DNA of 64,000 bases from Bacteroidota bacterium. Lineage in GTDB: Bacteria > Bacteroidota > Ignavibacteria > UBA10030. How positions within the stretch are numbered: the first letter of the stretch is position 1; each line of letters starts with the position of its first letter. Of this stretch, positions 18,917-28,415 are shown piece by piece. The notes under the pieces are model-generated. The model searched no databases and was not told where the DNA came from. It was given only the letters and a program-made list of their open reading frames with translations. The position numbers and the translations under genes are program-made. The stretch lies in assembly GCA_050015675.1 (NCBI GenBank), contig JBEKAY010000017.1, positions 2,581 through 66,580 on the forward strand, given 5' to 3'.

Positions 18917-21685
18917 ATGGCAAAAGTACCAAAGTATGTGTATTTCTTCGGCAACGGAAAAGCCGAAGGTAAGGCTGAAATGAAAAATCTTCTTGGCGGC
19001 AAAGGCGCAAACCTTGCCGAAATGGTTAATATCGGGCTGCCGGTTCCACCGGGTTTCTCCATAACGACCGAAGTGTGCACCACCTATTACCAGAACAAAC
19101 AAAAGTATCCGAAATCGTTGGCGAAGGAAGTTCTTGCTGCACTTGCGAAAGTAGAAAAGGCGATGGGCGCAAAGCTTGGCGATGCCAAAAATCCGTTGCT
19201 CGTTTCCGTTCGCTCAGGTGCGCGTGCATCAATGCCCGGCATGATGGACACGATTCTCAACCTTGGCCTGAACGATAAAACGGTTGCAGGCCTTATTGCA
19301 AAGACGAAGAACGAGCGTTTCGTGTATGATTCATACCGGCGGTTCGTGCAGATGTATGGCGACGTCGTGCTTGGATTGAAGCCGGTGAATAAAGACGACA
19401 TCGATCCATTTGAAGAAATTATCGAAGCGAAGAAGCATCAGAAAAATGTGAAGCTCGATACTGAACTCACAGCCGAAGATCTCAAGGAACTCGTTGTGAA
19501 GTTCAAAGCGGCGATCAAAGAAAAGACCGGACACGACTTCCCCGAAGATCCGCTGGAACAGATGTGGGGCGCTATCGGCGCAGTGTTCAGTTCATGGATG
19601 AATGACCGTGCAATTGCGTATCGTAAAATGTACGATATTCCAGAGTCATGGGGCACTGCAGTGAACGTGCAAACGATGGTGTTCGGTAATATGGGTGAAG
19701 ATTCTGGAACGGGCGTTGCGTTCACACGCGATGCTGCGACTGGAGAAAATTATTTCTACGGCGAATATTTAATGAACGCGCAAGGAGAAGATGTTGTTGC
19801 CGGTACGCGCACGCCATTGCCGATATTAAAACTGAAAGAACAGGATGCGAAACTGTACGAACAGCTGGACAAAATTCGCAAAACGCTTGAGAAGCATTAT
19901 CATGATATGATGGATGTTGAGTTCACTATCCAGCAAGGCAAGTTGTTCATGCTTCAATGCCGTGTTGGAAAGCGGACTGCATTTGCCGCTATCAAGATTG
20001 CAGTGGATATGGTTGTTGAGAAACTTATTTCAGAAAAAGAAGCGTTAACACGCATCGAGCCGGATCAATTGAATCAATTGCTCCGCCCGATTTTTGACCT
20101 CAAGGAAAAAGAAGCAGCGGTGAAGTCTGAACGTTTGCTGGCGAAAGGTTTGAATGCGGGTCCAGGTGCAGCTACCGGACGTATCGTATTCAATGCTGTC
20201 GATGCAGAAGCATGGAAGAATCGCGGTGAAAAAGTCATTCTTACCCGTATCGAAACCTCGCCGGAAGACATCAAAGGTATGGATGCTTCAGAAGGTATTC
20301 TCACTGCACGCGGTGGTATGACCTCGCATGCAGCGCTCGTTGCCCGCCAAATGGGCAAGGTCTGTGTTGCAGGCTGCGATGAGTTGCAGATCGATTATGC
20401 AAAGCACACAATGACTGTGAAGGACAAAGTGTTGAAGGAAGGCGATTGGATTTCACTCGATGGCTCAACCGGACAGGTGATCGAAGGCAAAATTCAAACG
20501 AAGCCGTCAGAAGTACTGCAGGTGCTTGTTGAAAAAACTCTCGATCCGAAAGATGCGCCGGTCTATCAGACTTTCGAAAAAGTGATGCTGTGGGCTGATA
20601 AATATCGAACGCTGAATATTCGTACGAACGCTGATCAGCCGGATCAAGCTGCGAACGCAATCGCATTTGGCGCCGAAGGTATTGGTCTGTGCCGCACAGA
20701 GCATATGTTCTTCGGTGAAGGCAAGATCGGGCCGATGCGCGAAATGATTCTTGCTGATACTGTAGATCAACGGAAGCTGGCGCTTGCGAAACTCCTTCCA
20801 TTGCAGCGGAAAGACTTCGCTGGCATCTTTGAGGCAATGAACGGAAAACCGGTTACGATCCGCACAATTGATCCGCCATTGCACGAATTTGTGCCGCACG
20901 AAGAAAAAGAACAGCGTGCACTGGCACAATCAATGGGCATCAGTTATGAGAAGGTTAAGGAACGCGTAGAAGGATTGCACGAATTCAACCCGATGCTTGG
21001 TTTCCGCGGATGTCGTCTTGGCATTATCTATCCGGAAATCACTGAGATGCAGGCACGCGCTATTTTTGAGGCAGCCGCCGAAACGCAAAAGAAAGACATT
21101 CCAGTTGCGCCGGAAGTCATGATTCCTCTTGTCGGCAATGTGAAAGAATTGCGGCACCAGGAAAAACTTGTCCGTGCAACTGCGGAAGCGGTGATGCAGG
21201 AACAAGGCGTGAAGTTCAAGTATATGGTCGGCACCATGATCGAAATTCCGCGCGGTGCTGTGACCGCGGATGAGATTGCAGAGGTTGCCGAGTTCTTCAG
21301 CTTCGGAACCAACGATCTGACGCAGACAACACTCGGTGTCAGCCGCGATGATGCAGCACGGTTCCTTGTTCCTTACGTTGCAAAAGAAATATACGCGAAG
21401 GATCCATTTGAAGTGTTGGATCGCGATGGTGTTGGCAAAGTTATGCAGATCGCCGTGGGAAAAGGTCGTGCAACGCGCCCTGGCATTAAACTTGGCATCT
21501 GCGGTGAACATGGTGGTGAACCATCGAGCATTGAATTCTGTCATCTTATCGGTTTGAACTATGTCAGTTGCTCGCCATTTCGCGTACCAATCGCGCGCTT
21601 GGCTGCCGCACGTGCGGCGCTGTTGAATCCGACAGCCCCTGCAAAGAAAACCGGCAAAAAGACAAAAACGTCGCGCAAGAAATAA
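18917..21685 (+). CDS. ppdK: Pyruvate, phosphate dikinase
   Basis: 922 aa. The phosphohistidine motif [16 protein letters not shown] and the C-terminal CGEHGG motif are both present. Confidence 0.95.
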   Translation: MAKVPKYVYFFGNGKAEGKAEMKNLLGGKGANLAEMVNIGLPVPPGFSITTEVCTTYYQNKQKYPKSLAKEVLAALAKVEKAMGAKLGDAKNPLLVSVRSGARASMPGMMDTILNLGLNDKTVAGLIAKTKNERFVYDSYRRFVQMYGDVVLGLKPVNKDDIDPFEEIIEAKKHQKNVKLDTELTAEDLKELVVKFKAAIKEKTGHDFPEDPLEQMWGAIGAVFSSWMNDRAIAYRKMYDIPESWGTAVNVQTMVFGNMGEDSGTGVAFTRDAATGENYFYGEYLMNAQGEDVVAGTRTPLPILKLKEQDAKLYEQLDKIRKTLEKHYHDMMDVEFTIQQGKLFMLQCRVGKRTAFAAIKIAVDMVVEKLISEKEALTRIEPDQLNQLLRPIFDLKEKEAAVKSERLLAKGLNAGPGAATGRIVFNAVDAEAWKNRGEKVILTRIETSPEDIKGMDASEGILTARGGMTSHAALVARQMGKVCVAGCDELQIDYAKHTMTVKDKVLKEGDWISLDGSTGQVIEGKIQTKPSEVLQVLVEKTLDPKDAPVYQTFEKVMLWADKYRTLNIRTNADQPDQAANAIAFGAEGIGLCRTEHMFFGEGKIGPMREMILADTVDQRKLALAKLLPLQRKDFAGIFEAMNGKPVTIRTIDPPLHEFVPHEEKEQRALAQSMGISYEKVKERVEGLHEFNPMLGFRGCRLGIIYPEITEMQARAIFEAAAETQKKDIPVAPEVMIPLVGNVKELRHQEKLVRATAEAVMQEQGVKFKYMVGTMIEIPRGAVTADEIAEVAEFFSFGTNDLTQTTLGVSRDDAARFLVPYVAKEIYAKDPFEVLDRDGVGKVMQIAVGKGRATRPGIKLGICGEHGGEPSSIEFCHLIGLNYVSCSPFRVPIARLAAARAALLNPTAPAKKTGKKTKTSRKK

Positions 21686-21770
21686 GCCGATGGGTAGTTC
21701 GTTAAATAACAGGAGGCGGGAAAGTTTTTTCCACTGCCTTCATGATAAAAAAATAGAAGGGATATGAGCA

Positions 21771-22808
21771 ATGAAGCTATCCGATTTCAAATATCCGCTT
21801 CCTCGTAACTTGATAGCGAAGCAACCGGCAAGTCCACGCGATCACTCGCGACTCATGGTGATGAACCGCATTGATGAATCTATAGATGAACGAAAGTTCT
21901 ATGAAATTGCAGATTATTTTCAAAAGGGTGATTGTCTTGCAATCAATGAGACGCGTGTATTTCAAGCACGGCTCTATGGGAAGAAAGAAAAGACAAATGC
22001 GAAAATTGAAGTCTTCCTGTTGCGCGAACTGAACGCTGAGGAAAATATCTGGGACGTCATAGTCGATCCAGCGCGCAAAGTACGCATCGGCAATAAAATT
22101 TATTTTGATGACGGTAAACTTTGGTGTGAAGTAATCGACAATACGACTTCGCGCGGACGTACGGTGCGCTTCAATCACAAAGGTGATTTTTTCAAGATTA
22201 TCGATCGCATTGGACTGACACCTCTGCCTCATTATATCAAACGTGATGCAACCAATAAAGACAAAGACAGTTATCAGACTATCTATGCTCGTGTGGTGGG
22301 TGCTGTTGCAGCGCCGACTGCGGGATTACATTTTACGAAAACGTTGATGAAGAAACTAGAAGCGAAAGGTGTAAAGATTGCACCGGTTGTATTACATATT
22401 GGCCTCGGAACATTTCGGACGGTTGAAGTGGAAGATCTTACGAAACATAAAATGGATTCAGAGTATTTCGAGATAACCAGCGAAACAGCAAACCTCATCA
22501 ACAAGACAATCGACTCGAAGCATAACGTTTTTGTTGTTGGTACGAGTACGTGCCGCGCATTGGAATCCAGTGTCACAGTGGATGGTCACGTGAAACCGGC
22601 AAAAGGATGGACAGACAAGTTCATTTTCCCGCCTTATAGTTTCAAGGTTACGGATAAGCTGATTACGAATTTCCACCTGCCTGAATCAACACTGTTGATG
22701 TTAGCAGGTGCGTTTGCCGGACATGAATTCTTGATGCACGGATACAAGAAAGCAATTAAGGAAGGATACCACTTTTACAGTTATGGCGATGCGATGTTGA
22801 TTGTCTAA
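21771..22808 (+). CDS. queA: S-adenosylmethionine:tRNA ribosyltransferase-isomerase
   Basis: The N-terminus LSDFKYPLPRNLIAKQP and full-length similarity of pattern match QueA. Confidence 0.95.
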   Translation: MKLSDFKYPLPRNLIAKQPASPRDHSRLMVMNRIDESIDERKFYEIADYFQKGDCLAINETRVFQARLYGKKEKTNAKIEVFLLRELNAEENIWDVIVDPARKVRIGNKIYFDDGKLWCEVIDNTTSRGRTVRFNHKGDFFKIIDRIGLTPLPHYIKRDATNKDKDSYQTIYARVVGAVAAPTAGLHFTKTLMKKLEAKGVKIAPVVLHIGLGTFRTVEVEDLTKHKMDSEYFEITSETANLINKTIDSKHNVFVVGTSTCRALESSVTVDGHVKPAKGWTDKFIFPPYSFKVTDKLITNFHLPESTLLMLAGAFAGHEFLMHGYKKAIKEGYHFYSYGDAMLIV

Positions 22809-22930
22809 GTTGTCTGGTGGTTTAGTTTTTTAGGAGGGTGTTTTATTTCTGATGAAATTGTGACCGGAAATAGAACTCCCTTCTGATTTTTTTATTTAAC
22901 TAATGTTACGCAGAAAGCTATAAAATATTG

Positions 22931-23051
22931 CCACGACCCTTCAGGTCGTGGTTTTATATCTCTATAAGAACTGGGCTTTAGCCAAAACGATTCTAACTAT
23001 GGCTAAAGCCGATAAAATTTGCAAGATGTTTCCACAACGTAAACGTCGTGG
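22931..23051. repeat. Cluster of three short GC-rich hairpins in the queA-ispD spacer
   Basis: CCACGACC-CTTCA-GGTCGTGG (22931-22951). GGCTTTAGCC...GGCTAAAGCC (22974-23010). CCACAACGT-AA-ACGTCGTGG (23032-23051, one mismatch). Confidence 0.6.
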
Positions 23052-23117
23052 CTATAAATAAACTTACCTTATGAAGCATCAGTATATAAAATTTTTACTC
23101 CTGAGGGATTTGTAGAA

Positions 23118-23837
23118 ATGTCTAAATCAAGGCCGAAAGTATTTGCAATTGTTCCAGCCGCAGGATCAGGCACACGAATTGGCGGAGATATTAAGAAGCA
23201 GTTTCTGCCGTTGAATGGAAAACCGATCATCGTGCATACACTGCAACAATTCGAACATTGTCCGGATGTTGATGAAGTGGCGCTTGCTCTTCCGGAGTCG
23301 GCGATGTCTGAAATGGAAGCAATCGTTGAGCGGTTCCGGCTGCATAAAGTCAGCAAAATGGTAATGGGCGGTGCGAAGCGGCAGGATTCGGTTCGCAATG
23401 TGCTGAACCGGTTGGCACTGAAAGAATCAGACATCGTTCTTGTGCACGATGGTGTGAGACCGTTCATTGAAATAAAACGCATCGCACATCTTTTAAAAGT
23501 ATGCAAAGAATATGGTGCGGCGGTGCTGGCAGTTCAGCCGAAAGATACGATTCGGCGTTCAACAGGAGGCGGTTTTTTCGATCAGACATTGGATCGCACA
23601 GCGCTTTGGCTGATTCAAACACCGCAGGCGTTTCGCGCGAAATTATTAGTAAAGGCATTCGAAAAAGCAAAGAAGGATAAGTTTTATTCAACTGATGAAG
23701 CGGCGCTTGTTGAGCGGCTCGGTGTAAAAATTCGTATTGTGGAGGGAAGTTATGACAACATCAAAATCACAACACCGGAAGATTTAGAATTCGGGTCGCT
23801 TATCTTTGAGCGTTGGCGAATGAAATCGTGGATGTAA
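23118..23837 (+). CDS. ispD: 2-C-methyl-D-erythritol 4-phosphate cytidylyltransferase
   Basis: AIVPAAGSGTRIG nucleotide-binding motif, with length and pattern typical of IspD. Confidence 0.9.
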   Translation: MSKSRPKVFAIVPAAGSGTRIGGDIKKQFLPLNGKPIIVHTLQQFEHCPDVDEVALALPESAMSEMEAIVERFRLHKVSKMVMGGAKRQDSVRNVLNRLALKESDIVLVHDGVRPFIEIKRIAHLLKVCKEYGAAVLAVQPKDTIRRSTGGGFFDQTLDRTALWLIQTPQAFRAKLLVKAFEKAKKDKFYSTDEAALVERLGVKIRIVEGSYDNIKITTPEDLEFGSLIFERWRMKSWM

Positions 23838-23905
23838 GTTGCTTCTTGCTGCCAAAATGAATATCTTACATTTGTCTTGTTGAAGCTTGAATAAAGGAAT
23901 GATGT

Positions 23906-24589
23906 ATGATAAATATGGTTATTGTCGTGCTCTTGAGTTATATCGTAGGATCGATTCCGACAAGCGTTATGCTTTCCAAGTGGCGGCATGGATTTGATAT
24001 TCGCAGCAAAGGAAGCGGAAATGCGGGAGGCACAAATGTATTCCGAGTACTCGGCTGGAAATCGGGTGTGTTTATTATCATTGTAGATGCATTGAAAGGT
24101 GTCCTTGCGACGACGGTTATTGCGCGTTTGTTCTGGGATCCGACATTGCCATTTTACAATCACACGCCGTTTGACGATTTTACTATTATCCAAATGATCT
24201 GCGGCGGCGCAGCGATAATCGGTCATGTTTGGACTATGTTTGCCGGATTCAAGGGTGGAAAAGGTATTGCAACAGGTGCAGGAATGCTGATCGGCATTGC
24301 ACCGACGGAATTTGCAGTATCTGTAGCCGTATTCCTCATATTTTTCTTCGCATTCAGGTATGTCTCGCTCGGTTCCATTATGGCAGCGGCATCTTTTCCG
24401 TTATCGCTTATCATTCGATATAATATTCTCTCGGATGAAATTCATAGCTATAAAACATTGGTGTTCTTCAGTACCGGTATTGCACTCTTCCTTATTTATT
24501 CGCACCGCGCTAATATCAAGAGGTTGATTGAAGGAACTGAACGGAAAATTACATCGTCGAAAAGTAAAACTGATACGGTCGAATCTTAA
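23906..24589 (+). CDS. plsY: Glycerol-3-phosphate acyltransferase PlsY
   Basis: GSIPTS and SGNAGGTNVFRVLG motifs in a polytopic protein. Confidence 0.9.
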   Translation: MINMVIVVLLSYIVGSIPTSVMLSKWRHGFDIRSKGSGNAGGTNVFRVLGWKSGVFIIIVDALKGVLATTVIARLFWDPTLPFYNHTPFDDFTIIQMICGGAAIIGHVWTMFAGFKGGKGIATGAGMLIGIAPTEFAVSVAVFLIFFFAFRYVSLGSIMAAASFPLSLIIRYNILSDEIHSYKTLVFFSTGIALFLIYSHRANIKRLIEGTERKITSSKSKTDTVES

Positions 24590-24646
24590 ACTACGCGCAA
24601 TTCCAAGGAAGGCACTGAATTTCTATTCTCATGTGCCATCAATGAT

Positions 24647-25651
24647 ATGAAGATAACTATTCTTGGTGCCGGCAGTTGGGGAACTACTCTCGCTCTCGTA
24701 CTACACGACAACCATCACCACGTCAATATCTGGACGTTTGATAATGAGCAAGCAGACCTTATACGCGAGAAGCACGAGAACCCTCAATTTCTTCCCGGTG
24801 TTATTCTTCCATCTGAAATAAAAATTACTACCGACATCGAAGCTTCGTGCCACGAACGCGATATGATTGTCGCGGCTGTGCCATCTCAGTTTCTTCGTTC
24901 CGTTCTCCAGCGCATTGCTCATCTCGATTTGCAACATACGGTCATCTGTAATGTCGCCAAGGGTATCGAGAACGGTTCTTTGATGACCATGTCAGAAGTT
25001 TTATTGGATGTGCTTATGCACGAACGCCGTGAGAATATAGCGATTCTCTCTGGACCAAGCCATGCGGAAGAAGTCAGTTTGAAAATGCCGACGATGGTTG
25101 TGTCGGCTTCTTTTAAAATGAAGACAGCGAAGATTGTACAGGAAGCGTTTGTCAACGATTATTTTCGGGTCTATGTAAATGAGGATATTCGCGGAGTGGA
25201 ATTAGGCGGCGCTATAAAAAATGTTATTGCAATTGGAGCTGGGTTGAGCGATGGCGCAGGTTTTGGGGATAATACTAAGGCGGCAATTATGACGCGTGGA
25301 ATCTATGAAATTACGCGGCTCGGCGCTAAAATGGGAGCGCAGCCAATTACGTTCGCAGGCCTTTCCGGTATGGGAGATTTAATTGTCACTTGTATGAGCC
25401 ACCACAGCCGCAATCGCTTTGTTGGCGAGGAAATTGGGAAAGGCAGAAACGTTGCTGAAGTGCTGAGCGATATGACAATGGTTGCGGAAGGCGTTGCTAC
25501 GGCAAAATCCGTTCATCAGCTTGCACAGAAGCATCGCGTCGATATGCCGATGGCGGAAGAAGTCTATAAAGTACTTTTTGAAGATAAAAATGCCCGTCAA
25601 GCGACACTCGACCTCATGCTTCGCGATACACGCGGTGAAGGCGCACATTAA
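24647..25651 (+). CDS. gpsA: NAD(P)H-dependent glycerol-3-phosphate dehydrogenase
   Basis: ILGAGSWGT Rossmann motif, GAIKNVIAIGAG, and adjacency to plsY. Confidence 0.95.
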   Translation: MKITILGAGSWGTTLALVLHDNHHHVNIWTFDNEQADLIREKHENPQFLPGVILPSEIKITTDIEASCHERDMIVAAVPSQFLRSVLQRIAHLDLQHTVICNVAKGIENGSLMTMSEVLLDVLMHERRENIAILSGPSHAEEVSLKMPTMVVSASFKMKTAKIVQEAFVNDYFRVYVNEDIRGVELGGAIKNVIAIGAGLSDGAGFGDNTKAAIMTRGIYEITRLGAKMGAQPITFAGLSGMGDLIVTCMSHHSRNRFVGEEIGKGRNVAEVLSDMTMVAEGVATAKSVHQLAQKHRVDMPMAEEVYKVLFEDKNARQATLDLMLRDTRGEGAH

Positions 25652-25720
25652 GTTTGGTAATCAACTTCTCATTTCAAGCAATTCCTATCTTCAGATAAAA
25701 TAAAAAATGTTGGAATATCG

Positions 25721-26254
25721 ATGAACAAAGTAATAACAATTTTCGGCAGTTCACGTCCGAGAGAGGGCGACAAAGAATATCAATTAGCATACGAAGTTGG
25801 AAAACAACTCTCGCTCGCCGGTTTTACTGTATGCAATGGTGGATTCGGCGGCATTATGGAAGCATCAGCTCGCGGCGCAAAAGAGGCAGGCGGCAAGACC
25901 ATCGGAGTAACTTTCAATATTAAAAGCGGTGCGGCAAATTCCTGGATTGACGAAAATATTCATGTCCCTGCGTTAATCGACCGGATGATGAAGCTTGTGA
26001 AATTGGGCGATGCATACGTTGTGTTGAAAGGCGGAACCGGAACATTGCTCGAACTTGCTGCCGTGTGGGAATTTATCAACAAAGGTTTGCTTGCCGAGAA
26101 ACCGATTGTGATTATCGGAGACTTTTGGCAAAATGTTGTGGAGACGTTGCGCGAAGAATTGTTGTGGGAAGGTGCAGGCGATTGCACAAAATTCATCCAT
26201 AGTTCTTCGTCACCGGAAGAATGCGCTTCATTTTTAAAACAGCAGCTTATCTAA
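25721..26254 (+). CDS. LOG / TIGR00725-like Rossmann-fold nucleotide-binding protein
   Basis: NGGFGGIMEA and KGGTGTLLE motifs, matching the LOG-family GGGxGxME / PGGxGTxxE pattern. Confidence 0.75.
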   Translation: MNKVITIFGSSRPREGDKEYQLAYEVGKQLSLAGFTVCNGGFGGIMEASARGAKEAGGKTIGVTFNIKSGAANSWIDENIHVPALIDRMMKLVKLGDAYVVLKGGTGTLLELAAVWEFINKGLLAEKPIVIIGDFWQNVVETLREELLWEGAGDCTKFIHSSSSPEECASFLKQQLI

Positions 26255-26340
26255 TTTATTCAGTTTGGAGGGAGTTCCAACTCCCGACCTTAACCAATAA
26301 ACATCTCATCGTTCGAGAGAACATCTCCCTCACAACTTAG
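26252..26340 (+). repeat. ~89-nt repeat R, copy 1 (abuts the intron remnant)
   Basis: Matches 29491..29578 with about 6 differences by hand alignment, including a 52-nt perfect run (ACTCCCGACCTTAACC...CATCTCCCTC). It contains the hairpin GGGAGTT-CC-AACTCCC and starts on the stop codon of the LOG gene. Confidence 0.85.
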
Positions 26341-26342
26341 GA

Positions 26343-26819
26343 GACATTCAACTATCTTGGGTTCACACACTTCAACGACAAAACACGGAAAGGTGGATAT
26401 AAAGTTGGACGCAAGACGGACAAAGCACGATACACACGAGCAATAAAAAGCATAAACCAATGGCTTAAAGCCACAAGGAATATGCTAAAGATACAAGAAC
26501 TATGGAAATTGCTTGCGATGAAACTACGAGGACACTTTCAATATTATGGCGTCAGTGGAAACTATCGAGGAATACTACGGTATTACAAGCAGGCGTGTGT
26601 AATAGTGAAAAAGTGGCTAAATCGGAGAAGTCAGAAACGTTCATTCAACTGGGTGGAGATGAATGAATATTTTCTTCGATATCCACTACCTCAACCAAAG
26701 ATACATCACAACTTCTATACATGTTTTTGTTTTGACCATTTGAAGTGAGTTTTGATAAAGGAGCCGTATGCGGGAAAACCGCACGTACGGTTCTGTGAGG
26801 GCTGTAGTGCTTCTCACAT
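26343..26819 (+). mobile_element. 5'-truncated group II intron remnant (RT C-terminus/maturase domain plus domains V-VI)
   Basis: The frame reads ETFNYLGFTHFNDKTRKGGYKVGRKT...LRGHFQYYGVSGNYRGIL...WLNRRSQKRSFNW...PLPQPKIHH. That is the canonical group II RT thumb/maturase pattern (FDFLGFTH...GH.NYY.V.GN...RRSQK). Domain V follows. Only about 90 nt separate it from the upstream gene, so domains I-III and most of the RT are missing. Track ORF 26482..26748 is part of this remnant. Confidence 0.85.
26761..26793 (+). ncRNA. Group II intron domain V
   Basis: GAGCCGTATGCGGGAAAACCGCACGTACGGTTC closely matches the domain V consensus (GAGCCGUAUGCG...loop...CGCACGUACGGUUC), including the AGC triad. A domain VI-like hairpin GTGAG...CTCAC follows at about 26795-26818. 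Confidence 0.85.
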
Positions 26820-26860
26820 TTAATATTTAGTTGACTATAATATTTTAAGGAGATATACAT

Positions 26861-27709
26861 ATGGCTACTCGACAAACTGTTAAAGATAGGAAATCGGCAG
26901 GGCACTATCAACAATGGAGGCTCCAAACGGGCACAGCACTAGGAGAAACAGATGACTCATGGGTTTTTTGCTTAGCAGTAAACAAAGATTTATTTGCTAT
27001 CAAAAAAAGTAATACTGAAACTCATTCTACTGAGGTTCATATATTTACTCGAGCAAGTAACTATCAACGATTTTCGCCTTTTATAAGCACAGCACTAGGA
27101 GAAACAGATGACTCATGGGTTTTTTGTTTAGCAGCAAATAGAGATTTATTTGCTATCAAAAAAAGTAATACAGATACTCATACTACTGAGGTCCATATAC
27201 TTACTGCCGCAAGTAACTATCAACAATTTAAGGTCCGTATAGGCACAGCACTAGGAGAAACAGATGCCTCATGGGTTTTTTGTTTAGGAGGAATAGGAAT
27301 GAGAGATTTATTTGCTATCCATAAAAGTGGTACAGAAACTCATACTACCGAGGTCCATGTACTTAGTGCCGCAAGCAATTATCAAGAATTTAGCTTACAT
27401 ACGGGCACAGCACTAGGAGAAACAGACGCCATATTTGATTTTTGCTTATCACAAAATGGTGATTTATTTGCTATCCAAAAAAGTGGTACAGATACTCATT
27501 CTACTGAGCTTCATATAATGGCTGGCGATACTCAGTATCAACAATGGAGGCTACAAACGGGTACAGCACTAGGAGAAACAGATGCCATATTTGTTTTTTG
27601 TTTAGCATCATACAGCGGTTCAGCAACATACGGAGATTTATTTGCTATCCAAAAAAGTGGTACAGATACTCGTTCTACTGAGCTTCATATACTAGCCGCC
27701 GAAGTATAA
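26861..27709 (+). CDS. Leaderless protein of five ~52-57-aa tandem repeats (predicted beta-propeller, lectin-like?)
   Basis: A strong AAGGAG lies 7 nt upstream. The repeats start at nt 26906, 27062, 27218, 27380 and 27536. The repeat consensus is YQ.[FW]....GTALGETD..[WF].FCL....DLFAI.KSGT.TH.TE[VL]HI. No signal peptide is visible. Confidence 0.8.
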   Translation: MATRQTVKDRKSAGHYQQWRLQTGTALGETDDSWVFCLAVNKDLFAIKKSNTETHSTEVHIFTRASNYQRFSPFISTALGETDDSWVFCLAANRDLFAIKKSNTDTHTTEVHILTAASNYQQFKVRIGTALGETDASWVFCLGGIGMRDLFAIHKSGTETHTTEVHVLSAASNYQEFSLHTGTALGETDAIFDFCLSQNGDLFAIQKSGTDTHSTELHIMAGDTQYQQWRLQTGTALGETDAIFVFCLASYSGSATYGDLFAIQKSGTDTRSTELHILAAEV

Positions 27710-27732
27710 TTCCGGGCCGTGCCCGGCGACTA

Positions 27733-27772
27733 TTATACAAAAGGCGAGCAAAGCGTTAAGCCTTTTGTATAA
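27733..27772 (+). terminator. Possible intrinsic terminator after the repeat-protein gene
   Basis: 12-bp stem TTATACAAAAGG / CCTTTTGTATAA with a 16-nt loop, followed by TTT. A small hairpin CCGGGC-CGT-GCCCGG lies at 27710-27724. Confidence 0.45.
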
Positions 27773-28415
27773 TTTAAGACTAAAAGCAATATACTGCGTC
27801 CTACATTTGAGACAAGAAAATCTGAAAGAATCACTAACTGATAGGAAAAATTATAATTTTCTTGAAAAAATGTAAAGGAAAATCTCCAAACCTATCGCGC
27901 GAATTGCAGACAACGTGTGCGAAAACAATGCTGCTCCGTTGCGAGCTAATAATTTCAATTTCTCGCGAAGCAACGGGGTAGAGCGAACTCAATAGAGTTC
28001 GCTTATAAAGATTTCGCACCAGATATTTAAATAATGTGAGCGTCATTGTTTTTCGCTGTTAGCTGGCGTTTGCATAACGCTGAACCCTGCATTGCTTATG
28101 AGCCGATGTTAGGTGCTGGCCATTTATAGTTATTTAGTTTACTCGAATATACTAAATCTTTATAAACGTTATGTTGTCGATTCAAGGTGCGACTGGGCGC
28201 GACGGGCAGAAAGGCTCTTTGCGTTTTTTTTGGCGTGAAGACTCCCGTGTGAGGGCAAAAACGCAATGTGACTGCCTGCGAAGGGATGGGAGCTTTGGTT
28301 TTATGTGTCTTAATATCGAGAAATAGAATCTGTCAATTGAGAAATGATGCCTCATGCCTAAGATACTTAGGATCTGCTATTAAAGAAAGTTTAAATACCT
28401 TGTTTAATATTGTAT

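Noticed and set aside
25721-26254. The LOG/SLOG-like gene next to a mobile-element remnant as part of a defence system.
   Set aside because: It follows plsY-gpsA in the core-like block, has core-like composition, and has no partner effector gene. The intron remnant begins only after its stop.
26482-26748. Track ORF of 88 aa as a stand-alone gene.
   Set aside because: It is the C-terminal part of the truncated group II intron RT/maturase reading frame, which continues upstream without a start. It is annotated as part of the remnant.
26861-27709. Regularly spaced near-identical DNA blocks that could be mistaken for a CRISPR array.
   Set aside because: The repeats are ~156-162 nt long, contiguous and in-frame inside one 282-codon ORF with a strong Shine-Dalgarno sequence. 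There is no short-repeat/unique-spacer organisation and there are no cas genes.
27834-28046. A 70-aa minus-strand ORF in the gene-free stretch.
   Set aside because: It has no Shine-Dalgarno sequence and an implausible composition, and it overlaps the nested stem structure. It is more likely non-coding.
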